A DNA stretch of 64,000 nucleotides from an uncultured Candidatus Rokubacteria bacterium (GTDB lineage Bacteria; Methylomirabilota; Methylomirabilia; Rokubacteriales; CSP1-6). Made by a program: the position numbers and the translations under genes. The stretch is from assembly GCA_963789955.1 (NCBI GenBank), contig CAWBMV010000021.1, forward strand, positions 1-64,000, in the 5' to 3' direction. Numbering within the stretch: position 1 is the stretch's first letter; every line of letters begins with the position of its first letter. The notes beneath the pieces were generated by a model that worked only from the letters and a program-made list of their open reading frames with translations, did no database searches and was not told the origin of the DNA. Shown in pieces: positions 1 to 9,685 of the stretch.

Positions 1-1286
1 CACCGCGAGCGTGTGGTTCCCGCAAGGATTTGTTCAGGACGAGGACGTGTCCCTGCGCAAGGCCGTGGCCGACTACGAGAAGCAGAGCGGCAACAAGATC
101 GAGCTGAGCATCACCCCCTTCGCGCCGGAACGGCAGAAGATCGTCGCGGCGCTGACCAGCGGGGTCGTCCCCGATGTGATGTCCAACAACCCGGGCGAGA
201 TCTTACAGATATACGGCTGGCAAGACCGGTGGGTCGACGTCAGCGACGTCGTGGAGACTCAAAAGGGCCAGTTCAGCGAGACCGCTGTCGTGTCCGGTCA
301 GGCCTACAACAACGTCACCAGGAAGGTCGGCCAATACGGTGTGCCCGTGCGGGCCGCCGTCGTTCCCTGTCACATCTGGCGGCCGCTGGTGGAGAAGGCC
401 GGTTTCAAGATCGAGGACATCCCGAAGACCTGGGACGCATACTTCGACTTCTTCAAGAAGGTACAGGACAACCTGCGCAAGCAGGGCGAGCGCAAAGTGT
501 ACGGCATCGGCTTCCAGGTGACGGCCAACGGGGTCGACCCCTACAACCTCTTCATGGCGTTTCTCCTGGCTCACGGCGGTCAGGACATCGTCACCAAGGA
601 CGGCAATCTGCACCTCGACGACCCGAAGGTGAAGGAAGCGGCCATCAAGGCCTCGGCGTACCTCGGCGGCGCCTATCGGGACGGCTACGTTCCGCCGAGC
701 GCGATCAACTGGAACGACGCGGACGACAACAACGCCTTCCACGCCAAGCTGATGGTGATGGACGTCGACGGCACGCTCTCGACCGAGGTCGCGGTCAAGG
801 AAAAGCACCCCGACTGGTACTTCAAGGACATGGTGACCCACGGCGTCCCGGGCTACCCGAGCGACAACCAGGGCAAGCCCGTCCCGGCCATCGTCGGCGT
901 CACCTGCTGGATGATCCCCAAGGGGGCGAAAAACGTCACGGTGGCGAAGGAATTCCTCAAGTACTTCGCTCAGCCGAAGGTCTGCGGCGAATTCGTCGAG
1001 CTGGGATTGGGCCGCTGGCTGCCGGTCATGCCGTCACTCGCCAAGAGCCCATTCTGGCAGGACCCGAAGGATCCACATCTGCGGGGCTACGTCCAGATGG
1101 GCGCTGCTCGGCCCGACGACGCCCGACTACTTCGTGTTCAACGTGGCGATGGCGGAAGTCCGCAACCAGCACGTGTGGAGCATGGCGATGATCGACGTGG
1201 CGAAGGAAGGCGTGAAGGCGGAAGTGGCGGTCGACAAGGCATTCAAGCGCATCGAGGAGATCTTCTCCAAGTACAAGAAGGCGTGA
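1..1286 (+). CDS. Carbohydrate-type ABC transporter substrate-binding protein (5'-truncated by window edge, frameshift near 1100)
   Basis: ORF 11.. reads WFPQGFVQDED...IPKTWD...WNDADDNNAFH...WMIPKGAKN. The C-terminus continues in another frame (YFVFNVAMAEVRNQHVWS...AFKRIEEIFSKYKKA) to TGA 1284-1286. Confidence 0.85.
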
Positions 1287-1301
1287 GGACGGAGACGAAC
1301 C

Positions 1302-2217
1302 ATGAACGGCACCTCGGTCGTCGACATCGGCCGCCCGGCCATCCGGCGGCGCACGCTCGCCGCGCTCTCTGCGCGGCGGCCTCAAGGGCGGTGAGTACAC
1401 CTGGGCCGTCGCCTTCGTCGTGCCGTACATCGCGGTGTTCTCGACCTTCGTCGCGTACCCGGTGGTCTACGGGTTGTGGATGGGCAGCGAAGTCAGTCTC
1501 TACCGGGAGCTCTTCGCCGACCCGATCTACCAGAGCACGGTGGTGAACACCATCCTCTATCTGGCGCTCGGCGTGAACGTGAAGATGTTCCTGGCCCTGC
1601 TGCTGTCCGGCTTCTTCATGCGACCGGGCTGGTGGATGAAGGCGCTGCTCTTGATCTTCGTCCTGCCCTGGGCGGTGCCGCAGATCTCGACGTTCATCTC
1701 GATCCACTGGATGCTCAACGGCGAGTGGGGCTTCCTCAACAACGTCCTCTACACCCTCTTCCACATCGAGGGGCCGTCGTGGCTCAATGACCGCTGGTCG
1801 GCGCTGGGCGCGGTCATCGTCTCCCACATCTGGAAGTGGACGCCGTTCTGGACGCTGATCTTGCTCGCCGGCCGGATGGCGATCCCGCTCGAGATCAACG
1901 ACTCCGCCAAAGTCGACGGGGCGACCGGGCTGCGCGGGTTCGTGCACATCACCTTCCCGCTGCTCGCCAACCTCTACCTGATCTGCACCCTGCTCTCGAC
2001 GATCTTCCTGCTCGGCGACTTCAACGCCGTCAACTTCGTCTCCGGCGGCGGCCCCGCCAACCAGGGACATGTGCTGGCCACCTTAGGCATCCGCGATGCG
2101 TTCGAGATCGGTCAGCCACGGCTGGGCGTGGCCGCGGTGATGTCGGCGCTGCCGCTGGTCATCCCGCTGGTGATCGTCCTGATGCGCAAGCTCCGCACCT
2201 CGGAGGTTCAGATATGA
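1302..2217 (+). CDS. Carbohydrate ABC transporter permease (MalF/UgpA-like), frameshift near 5' end
   Basis: Hydrophobic ORF with LPWAVP, WKWTPFWTLILLAG and EAA-like loop SAKVDGA. ATG 1302 follows GGAG. Confidence 0.85.
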
Positions 2218-3121
2218 GCACGATCGCGGCGGACGCGAGGCTGGCAACTCGAGCGTCATCCCGGGCGCACAGCTCGGAACGGCTCCGCCGGTACCTGCGC
2301 AACTGCGGGGACCGTGGTTCTCTCCGCGGTGATCGTCGTGTGGACGCTCGTGCCGCTCTACAACATGGTGCTGATCTCGCTCGAGCCCGAGGGCGACGTC
2401 TTCACCGACCATATCTGGCCGAGGGTCCCGTCGGTCGAGAGCTTCTGGGGCGTCCTGACCCAGGGCCACTGGTATCTGGAGCACTTCTGGCGCCAGTTCG
2501 GCAACAGCTTCTTCATCGGTCTGATGGTGACGTTCTTCGCGCTGCTGTTCGGGCACGCTGACCAGCTTTGCGATCGGCCGGATGCGGATCCGCCACGGCT
2601 GGCTGGTGACCAACGCCGCGCTGTTGACCTACGTGATCCCAGCGTCGTTCCTCGCGATCCCGTTCTACCGGATCATGCAGAACTACGGGCTCGCCAACAA
2701 CCCGTGGTCGGTGATCGCCGCCCTGGTGGCGTTCGCGACGCCGTACGCGATCTTCGTCTTCCAGGAGTACGGCCGGAGCATCCCGATCGAGGTCGACGAG
2801 TCGGCACGCATCGACGGCGCCTCGCCGCCGCAGATCTATCTGCGAATCTATCTGCCGCTGATGGCACCGGCGCTGGTCGCGGTCGGCACCTACGCGCTGC
2901 TCCTGGCCTGGAACGAGTACCTGTATCAGTTCCTGCTCCTGTCCTCGAAGGCGAACATGACGGTGCCGGTGGCGCTCGCGCAGTTCCTCAGCAGCGACCA
3001 GTCGCCGTGGAACTACATGATGGCGACCGCGATCATCTACGCGGCACCGCCGGTCGCGATCTATTACGCGTTCCGCCGGCGCATGACCGCCGGCCTGACG
3101 ATGGGCGGGGTCAAGGGCTGA
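2214..3121 (+). CDS. Carbohydrate ABC transporter permease (MalG/UgpE-like), frameshifted
   Basis: ORFs 2314.. and 2582..3121 join. Motifs DESARIDGA, AWNEYLY and C-terminal GLTMGGVKG. ATGA overlap with the upstream gene. Confidence 0.85.
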
Positions 3122-3233
3122 CCCCGCCGCCCGGCGCATCTCGCCGCGTCCAGGGTTAGGCGGCACGTCACCGCTGTCCACCGCGAAGCGACCTTCGCGA
3201 GACGCCCGGTCGGGCAGAGGTGAGGACACGGCT

Positions 3234-4145
3234 GTGAGCAGCACGCAGGAGGTTCTTGCAGCCGGGCCCAGCACGCTCAACCGGCCGCGGCGACGGTCCT
3301 GGCACCCCCACCTGCGCGGCGTCGAGCTCGCCTGGGCGATCGCCTTCGTCGTCCCCTACGCGGCGGTCCTGGTCGCCTTTGCCGTCTATCCGCTCGCCTA
3401 CGGGCTCTGGATGGCGAGCAGCCCGTCGCTGTACCTCACGCTGTTTGCAAGCGATGAGTACCGGGACGCGGTCGTCAGCACCATGCTGTATGTCGGCATC
3501 GGCGTGAACACCAGCTTGTTCTTCGCTCTGCTGCTGTCCGGTTTCTTCATGCGCCGTAGCCGGTGGGTCAAGGCGATGCTGGTCGTCTCGATGCTGCCCT
3601 GGGCGCTGCCGGCGCAAACCGGCTTCATCTCCTTTCACTGGATGCTGGTGTACTGGGGGTTCCTGAACAGCGTGCTCGAGAAGCTGTTCGGCATATACGG
3701 TCCGGACTGGTTGACCCACTACTGGCTCGCGCTCGGAGCCAACATCGTCGCCTCGACCTGGAAGACGATGCCGTTCTGGACCCTCATTCTGCTGGCGGGG
3801 CGGATGGCGATCCCTCAGGATCTCTACGAAGCTGCCGATATCGACGGGGCCACCGGCTTCCGGCGCTTCGTCCATCTCGTGGTGCCGCTGCTGGCGAACC
3901 TCTATCTCGTCTGCACGTTGCTTTCGGCGATCTGGATGATCGGCGATTTCAACACCGTGGATCTCGTGTCCGGCGGCGCACCCCTCGGTTCGACGGACGT
4001 GCTGGCGACCCTGGGCGTCGAATACCTGTTTGACCATGGCAAACCCGAGCTCGGCGTCGCCGCCGTCATGGCGGCTCTGCCGGTGATTGTCGCGCTCGGA
4101 ATCCTTCTGATACGCCGGCTGCAAACGAGCGAGGTGCAGCTATGA
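3234..4145 (+). CDS. Carbohydrate ABC transporter permease (MalF-like), paralogue of 1302..2217
   Basis: LYEAADIDGA motif. Shares ALLLSGFFMR, PFWTLILLAGRMAIP, PLLANLYL and TSEVQ with the first copy. Confidence 0.9.
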   Translation: MSSTQEVLAAGPSTLNRPRRRSWHPHLRGVELAWAIAFVVPYAAVLVAFAVYPLAYGLWMASSPSLYLTLFASDEYRDAVVSTMLYVGIGVNTSLFFALLLSGFFMRRSRWVKAMLVVSMLPWALPAQTGFISFHWMLVYWGFLNSVLEKLFGIYGPDWLTHYWLALGANIVASTWKTMPFWTLILLAGRMAIPQDLYEAADIDGATGFRRFVHLVVPLLANLYLVCTLLSAIWMIGDFNTVDLVSGGAPLGSTDVLATLGVEYLFDHGKPELGVAAVMAALPVIVALGILLIRRLQTSEVQL

Positions 4146-5032
4146 GTGTCGCGCCGGCCTGGGGCCGGACGTCGAGTCTGCGGCGCCACCGACTACGCCG
4201 ACTCGTCAGCGACGCGGGCGCCGTGGTGCTCGCCGTCGTGCTGCTGATCTGGTGGCTGCTGCCGGTCTACAACATGATGTTGATCGCCCTCGACCCCGAG
4301 GGCGATACGGAGTTCACCGGCGACATCTGGCCGACTGCCCCGACGCTCGAGGCCTTCCGCGGGGTCGTGTTCCAGCGGTACTGGTACCTTCAAGACTTCT
4401 GGCACCAGTTCGGCAATAGCTTCTTCATCGGCATCATGACGATGGCGCTGACCGTGCTGATCAGTTCGCTGGCGGGCTTCGCGCTGGGCCGGATGCGATT
4501 GGGCAACGGCGGGGTGATCTCCACCACCGCGCTCCTCTTCTATACGGTTCCTGCGTACTTCCTCGTCATCCCGTTCTATCGGCTGATGCACGAGTACGGG
4601 TTGATGGACAGCCTGTGGGCGGTGATCGCAGCGGATGTGACATTCGCCATCCCCTATGCGGTGCTGATCCTCCAATGGTATGGCCGACTGATCCCGATGG
4701 AGCTTGACGAGGCAGCGCGGGTCGATGGCGCGATGCCCGGCCAGGTCTACATGCGGATCTATCTCCCCCTGATGGCGCCGGCCCTGGCGGCGGTCGGCAC
4801 CTACGCCCTGCTGACCGCCTGGAACGAATACCTGTACCAGTTCATGCTGCTGTCCTCTCCCAGGAACAAGACCGTGGCGATAACGCTCGCGACGTTCTTC
4901 GACAACGAGGACACGCCGTGGAACTACCCGGTGGCGGCCTCTCTCATCTATGCGCTGCCACCGATCGTTCTCTTCTTTGCCGTCCGCCGCTACATTGCGG
5001 CGGGGCTGACCCTGGGCAGCATCAAGGGATAG
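4142..5032 (+). CDS. Carbohydrate ABC transporter permease (MalG-like), paralogue of 2214..3121
   Basis: LDEAARVDGA, AWNEYLYQF, GLTLGSIKG. Confidence 0.9.
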   Translation: MSVAPAWGRTSSLRRHRLRRLVSDAGAVVLAVVLLIWWLLPVYNMMLIALDPEGDTEFTGDIWPTAPTLEAFRGVVFQRYWYLQDFWHQFGNSFFIGIMTMALTVLISSLAGFALGRMRLGNGGVISTTALLFYTVPAYFLVIPFYRLMHEYGLMDSLWAVIAADVTFAIPYAVLILQWYGRLIPMELDEAARVDGAMPGQVYMRIYLPLMAPALAAVGTYALLTAWNEYLYQFMLLSSPRNKTVAITLATFFDNEDTPWNYPVAASLIYALPPIVLFFAVRRYIAAGLTLGSIKG

Positions 5033-5320
5033 CGGCGCCCCGAGCGCTTCGCCCTCGATCAGCCAGGTCACGGTCTGCAGCCCGATATGGGGATGCGGTC
5101 CGATGTCCATCGGCTTGCCCGCGCCGAATGCGAGCGGGCCATAGTGATCGAGGAAGCACCACGGTCCCACCAGCCGCCGGCCGGCGCGCGGCAGCGCCCG
5201 GCGCACGACCAGGCCGCCGGGCAGAGCCGCCTGGTGAGCCGGATACGACTCGAGGACGGGCGCGGACGCCAGGCCGGCCGGGCATTCGATCGCTTCAGCT
5301 GACGGCATCAGATCGCTCAT
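5033..5320 (-). pseudogene. Pirin-family protein, N-terminal fragment only
   Basis: VRRALPRAGRRLVGPWCFLDHYGP...IGPHPHIGLQTVTWLIEGE is a typical pirin N-terminus. Similarity stops after about 93 aa where the frame runs into the antisense of the permease. Confidence 0.8.
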
Positions 5321-5367
5321 CTTGGCGGCTCCCCGGTCGGTCGCGTAGGATCGTGTCGTGACGCGCC

Positions 5368-5948
5368 ATGGGTAAAGGCCGTATCGAAGCCTTCAGCGAC
5401 GCTGTGATCGCCGTGATCATCACCGTCCTGGTCCTGGAGATGAAGGTGCCGCACGGCACCGACGCGGCGGCGCTCGCGCCGGTGCTGCCCGTATTCCTGA
5501 CCTACGTGCTGAGCTTCATCTTCGTCGGGATCTACTGGAACAACCACCACCACCTGTACCACGCCGTGCGCCACGTGCACGGCGCGACGTTGTGGGCGAA
5601 TCTGCATCTGCTCTTCTGGCTCTCGCTCGTACCGTTCGTCACCGGCTGGGTGGGCACCAGCCACTTCGCGCCACTGCCCGTCGCGGCCTATGGCGCCGTG
5701 CTGCTCGGCGCGGGCGCCGCCTACTACATCCTCACTCGCCTGCTCCTCCGCGTCCACGGAAGGACTCGCTGCTGGCGAGAGCGCTCGGCCGGGATCTCAA
5801 GGGGAAGATCTCGGTGGTCATCTACGTCGTGGCGATCGGGCTCGCCTTCGTTCAACCACTGATCTCCTGCGCGCTCTATGTCCTGGTCGCGGCGATCTGG
5901 TTCTGTCCGGATCCGCGCTTCGAGAAGCTGGTCGGCAGTCAGAGCTGA
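5368..5948 (+). CDS. TMEM175/DUF1211-family membrane protein (putative K+ channel), frameshift near 5760
   Basis: RIEAFSDAVIAVIITVLVLE and YWNNHHH motifs. C-terminus (ALGRDLKGKISVVIY...PDPRFEK) lies in the frame ending at 5948. Confidence 0.85.
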
Positions 5949-5975
5949 GCCGCCGACGTCAGCTCTTCGGGGCCC

Positions 5976-6476
5976 TCACGCGCGGGCGACCACGTCGCGT
6001 CGGAATCGCTTCACCGCAACGACCGTGAGCAGAATGAAGAGGGCGAGCACGAGCAGCTGGGCGACCACGAAGGGTGGCTCCGTCTGCTGCGGTGCGAGCG
6101 CGTGGAGCGCCGGGACCTTCAAGAAGGCCTGGGTGACCCCGACGAATACGTTGAAGTAGAGCGCCAGGGCGGTAGACACCACGTAGATGCCGCGCCAGAC
6201 GCCCCGGAAGTGAAGCCCGAAGAGGGCGACGATCGCCACCGCGAGCACCACGAGCGATATCGCGCCCACGATGTGGGACGGCAGCAGGTGATCGACCGGG
6301 AAGGCGAATCCGGTGACGCTCGTCGCGACCGTGGTGAGCAAGAACAGTGCGGTCCAGACGCGCAGCCGCTTGCCCCTGAAAAAGCTGAGCAGCACCACGA
6401 ATCCCGCGACGATCCCGATCAGGCTCAACACGACATGCACGGCCGTGAACGTCTCGAGCGTCATTCCCCAGACCAC
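5976..6476 (-). CDS. Hypothetical integral membrane protein (about 5 TM)
   Basis: 166-aa hydrophobic ORF with GGAGG upstream. Contains HVVLSLIGI, TSVTGF and QAFLKVPALHALAP. Confidence 0.7.
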   Translation of the reverse strand: MVWGMTLETFTAVHVVLSLIGIVAGFVVLLSFFRGKRLRVWTALFLLTTVATSVTGFAFPVDHLLPSHIVGAISLVVLAVAIVALFGLHFRGVWRGIYVVSTALALYFNVFVGVTQAFLKVPALHALAPQQTEPPFVVAQLLVLALFILLTVVAVKRFRRDVVARA

Positions 6477-6697
6477 GGTCCCCTCCTTCGTCCCTCGTCG
6501 CGGTCACGTGCACGGCTGACCCCTTTAGACGGTCGAGGGCTGCACCGAACGTACGTCGGTTCTCCCATGAGGTCAAACGACCACCCGTGACCCGACCATC
6601 TCGCCTCCCGTTGAAGCCGAGTCACGGTGGGAGTATCGTGACTGTCGCTCCACCGGGCACCCAGACACGCGCGAACCAATGTTCCAAAGGAGCGGGA

Positions 6698-7087
6698 ATG
6701 GCGAATTCGGCGGGTTACCACGAGTCGGAAAGCAAGCTGAGACCGGAGACTCTCGACAACCATCGGGCGCTCACGTCCATGCAGGAAGAGCTGGAGGCCG
6801 CCGACTGGTACGACCAGCGCGTCGACGCGGCCACCGACTCCGATCTGAAGGCGATCCTGGCGCACAATCGAGACGAGGAGAAGGAGCACTTCGCCATGCT
6901 GCTCGAGTGGTACCGGCGCCGCGACGCCACGATGGACGCGCACCTCAAGGAGTACTTGTTCACGACCGGATCGCTGGTCATGCGAGAGCAAGCCAGCGCC
7001 GGCGGTGGCGAAGGCGGCGCTGATTCCGCGGCCGGAAGCGGGGGTTCGCTCGGCATCGGCAGCCTGAAGGGCGGCCAGAGCCTATGA
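6698..7087 (+). CDS. Encapsulin-associated ferritin-like protein (EncFtn/Flp) with C-terminal cargo-loading peptide
   Basis: GYHE...SMQEELEAADWYDQR...HNRDEEKEH ferroxidase motifs, a Gly/Ala/Ser linker, then GSLGIGSLKG. AAAGGAG SD before ATG 6698. Confidence 0.93.
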   Translation: MANSAGYHESESKLRPETLDNHRALTSMQEELEAADWYDQRVDAATDSDLKAILAHNRDEEKEHFAMLLEWYRRRDATMDAHLKEYLFTTGSLVMREQASAGGGEGGADSAAGSGGSLGIGSLKGGQSL

Positions 7088-7914
7088 ACAACCTCAAACG
7101 AGAGCTCGCGCCCATTTCGACCGCAGCGTGGAAGCAGATCGACGCCGAGGCCACACGCGTACTCAAGCTGAAGCTCGCGGGGCGGAAGCTGGTCGACTTC
7201 GACGGGCCCCTGGGCCCGACGGCGGCCGCCGTGAACACCGGGCGCCGGGAGCCGCTCGGCCGCGGGCCCGCCGACAACGTCGAGGCCACACGGAGACAGA
7301 CGAGGCCCCTGATCGAGCTGCGCTCGTACTTCGAGCTCGCGCGCGAGGAGATGGATGCGGTCGAGCGCGGAGCGGAGGACCCCGAGCTCCAACCCCTGAT
7401 CGACGCGGCCTCTCGCATCGCCTACGCCGAGGACACCGCGATCTTCCACGGCTACGCGGACGGCGGCATCGAGGGCATCGACCAGGCGTCGGCCCATCCC
7501 ATCCTGCCGATTCCGGATGACTTCCAAAACTATCCGCACAGCATCGCGGAAGCGACGAGACTTCTGCGACTGGCCGGCGTCGACGGTCCCTACGCGATCG
7601 CCATGGGCCCGCGTTATTACACGGGGCTCACTCAAGCGGTGGGTGACGGCGGCTATCCCGTGCTGAACGTGGTGAGAAAGCTCGTCGACGGGCCGCTCGT
7701 GTGGGCGCCGGCGGTCAACGGCGCGGTCGTGCTGAGCCTTCGCGGCGGCGACTTCGAGCTGACGATCGGCACCGACGTGTCGATCGCCTATCAGAACCAC
7801 ACGGACGAAGCCGTCCGCCTCTATCTGGTGGAGACCATGGCCTTCCGCGTGCTCACGCCCGAGGCGGCGGTGGCGCTGGTTCACGCGGACGACAAGCGTC
7901 CTCGCAAGCGCTGA
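7084..7914 (+). CDS. Family 1 encapsulin shell protein (Linocin M18-like)
   Basis: MNNLKRELAPISTAAWKQIDAEA...LAGRKLVDFDGPLG...RGGDFELTIGTDVSIAY...FRVLTPEAAV. ATGA overlap with the cargo gene. Confidence 0.95.
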   Translation: MNNLKRELAPISTAAWKQIDAEATRVLKLKLAGRKLVDFDGPLGPTAAAVNTGRREPLGRGPADNVEATRRQTRPLIELRSYFELAREEMDAVERGAEDPELQPLIDAASRIAYAEDTAIFHGYADGGIEGIDQASAHPILPIPDDFQNYPHSIAEATRLLRLAGVDGPYAIAMGPRYYTGLTQAVGDGGYPVLNVVRKLVDGPLVWAPAVNGAVVLSLRGGDFELTIGTDVSIAYQNHTDEAVRLYLVETMAFRVLTPEAAVALVHADDKRPRKR

Positions 7915-7922
7915 TCGGCGGA

Positions 7923-8892
7923 CTAGGCGGCCGGCTCCCGCGCCGAGGTGGGGTCGCGGAGCTTCTCGGTCGGGAGCTGACTGTCCATCCAGAGCCCGAG
8001 GCCGCCCTGGAGAGGCCGGACCCGCGTGATGCCGTGACGCTTGAGCCGTAGCGCCACCCGGGCGCTGGTCGCTTCGTTGGGTCAGGTGCAGAACACGACG
8101 ATGTCGCGGTCGCGCGGAATCTCGAGGTGGCGCCGATCGATGTCGTCCGCGGCGAATCCACAGGGCGCCGGGGATCGTGTACGGCGTCATGTTCAGCTCG
8201 AGCGGCGACCGCGCATCCACGATCGTCAGACCGGAGTCCCCGGCCGCCAGGCGGTCCCGCAGCTCCTCGACCGTGATGCGCGCCATCCGGAGACTGCGCA
8301 GAAACCGCTGGCGCTGGGTGAACTTGATCGCGACGTACGCCACGATCGCCGCCGCGACGACGATCAGCAGCGCATTTCCCAGCCGCGCGGAATCCGACAC
8401 GATGAGCTCCAGCGCGTCACTGAACAGGTAGCCCACGGCGGCCCAGCTGCCGGCCCACACGAGCGCCGCGGCGCTGTCGAGCAACAGGAACTGCCGACGG
8501 GAGATCCCGACGACACCCGCCAGCGGCGGCGCGACCGTGCTCAGGCCGGGAAAGAATTTGGCGACCAGCAGGACGCCGCGCCCGTGCTTGACGAACGAAT
8601 CCTCGGCGCGCCGGACGCACGAGTCCGGCTCGAGCGAGATCCGACACAGAAGACGGAGGACTCGACCGCCACGCCGCCGCCCCAGCTCGTACCAGACGAT
8701 GTCGGGCGTGAGCGAGGCGACGAGGGCCACACCGAGCGCCGGCGCCAGACTCATCCGCCCCGCCCCGGCGAGCGCGCCAACGCCGAGCAGAACGGGCACC
8801 GCCGGAATCGGCAGACCGACTTGCTCGGCCAGCACGAACGCGAACAGCACGACGTAGCCGTATTGCAGCAAGACCTGGATCGTGTCGTCCAT
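7923..8892 (-). CDS. DedA/VTT-domain + rhodanese-domain protein; candidate selenoprotein (in-frame TGA 8082-8084); one frameshift near 8155
   Basis: N-terminal EQVGLPIPAVP, CRISLEPDSCVRR, AKFFPG. After a 1-nt shift the frame reads IPRDRDIVVFCT*PNEATSARVALRLKRHGITRVRPLQGGLGLW...AA to TAG 7923-7925. Confidence 0.85.
8050..8066 (-). promoter_or_regulatory. Putative bacterial SECIS hairpin
   Basis: mRNA UGA-CCCAACGAAGCGACC-AGCGCC-CGGGU-GGCGCU: 6-bp stem, G-rich loop starting 22 nt after the UGA. Confidence 0.65.
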
Positions 8893-9089
8893 CGCGGTGT
8901 GGCGCGCCCGGTTGCGCGCACTCCGAGGGTAACACCCGAGAGAAGTGCCGATCGCCTCACCTCGGATAAGGCGTACTCGCCTAGGACTTTGGCCCCGTGA
9001 CGCTCGAGGAACCTGGCGCGTAGACTCCTGACGGGCAGTTGAACATGACGGTCCCGCAGGCCGCAGCGAAGTAACCGACTGACTCCGCA

Positions 9090-9123
9090 CCGAGTCCTCT
9101 CCACTCCGAGGGAGAGGGCTCGG
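9090..9123 (-). terminator. GC-rich hairpin directly after the PPOX-class gene
   Basis: ccgagtcctctcc...ggagagggctcgg inverted repeat adjoining the stop at 9124. No clear U-tract. Confidence 0.45.
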
Positions 9124-9588
9124 CTACTTCGTCACCGCGTCGCGCATCTTGGCCAGCGCCGAGCCGTAGATGTGATCGGGGCGCACCACCATCGCGACGC
9201 GCTTGTCGCTCGCCGCGATCCGGTCGTACTGATCCCAGTCCGCGCTGCGCCGCCGCGTGGTGGCGCTGAAGATGTGGCGGCGAGCCAGACGCAGCGCGTC
9301 GGGGTCGGTGTTGCCGGAGTGCACCAGCTCGGCCTTGCCCTCGAAGACGAGGAAGCCCGACCACCAGTCGACGTGCGAGACCAGCACCGAGCAGCGCGGA
9401 TCGCGCAGGAGGTTTCTGAACTTCGCGCGCGTCTCCGTGATGGAGATGCCCACCCCACCGTCCCGCGGGTACACGGTGACGATGCTCAGCTGCGGCATCC
9501 CGTTGCGCCTGAACGATGTGAGCACGCCCTGCGGGTTGTCGTGGAGGAACTGCTCGATCTGCGGAGGCAGCGGGCTCGGCGTCGGCAT
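9124..9588 (-). CDS. PPOX-class (pyridoxamine 5'-phosphate oxidase-like, possibly F420-dependent) protein
   Basis: GVLTSFRRNGMPQLS...TETRAKFRNLLRDPRCSVLV...EGKAEL. AAGGAG upstream of the ATG. Confidence 0.8.
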   Translation of the reverse strand: MPTPSPLPPQIEQFLHDNPQGVLTSFRRNGMPQLSIVTVYPRDGGVGISITETRAKFRNLLRDPRCSVLVSHVDWWSGFLVFEGKAELVHSGNTDPDALRLARRHIFSATTRRRSADWDQYDRIAASDKRVAMVVRPDHIYGSALAKMRDAVTK

Positions 9589-9639
9589 GAGGTGCAGGCT
9601 CCTTGGCGAAGGGTTCGACTTCGGCCGGGATTCTAGCGC

Positions 9640-9684
9640 TTGACACGACCTCGGAGCGATGGCATCTATTAATCGAGTGATTAA
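9640..9684 (+). promoter_or_regulatory. TTGACA -35 box and palindromic operator TTAATC-N4-GATTAA (likely TetR site)
   Basis: ttgaca at 9640-9645. Perfect AT-rich inverted repeat at 9669-9684 between divergent genes. Confidence 0.6.
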
Positions 9685-9685
9685 A

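Noticed and set aside
6715..9090. 791-aa ORF antisense to the encapsulin genes
   Set aside because: Only the DedA part is real. The rest is run-on after the frameshift near 8155, through antisense high-GC sequence.
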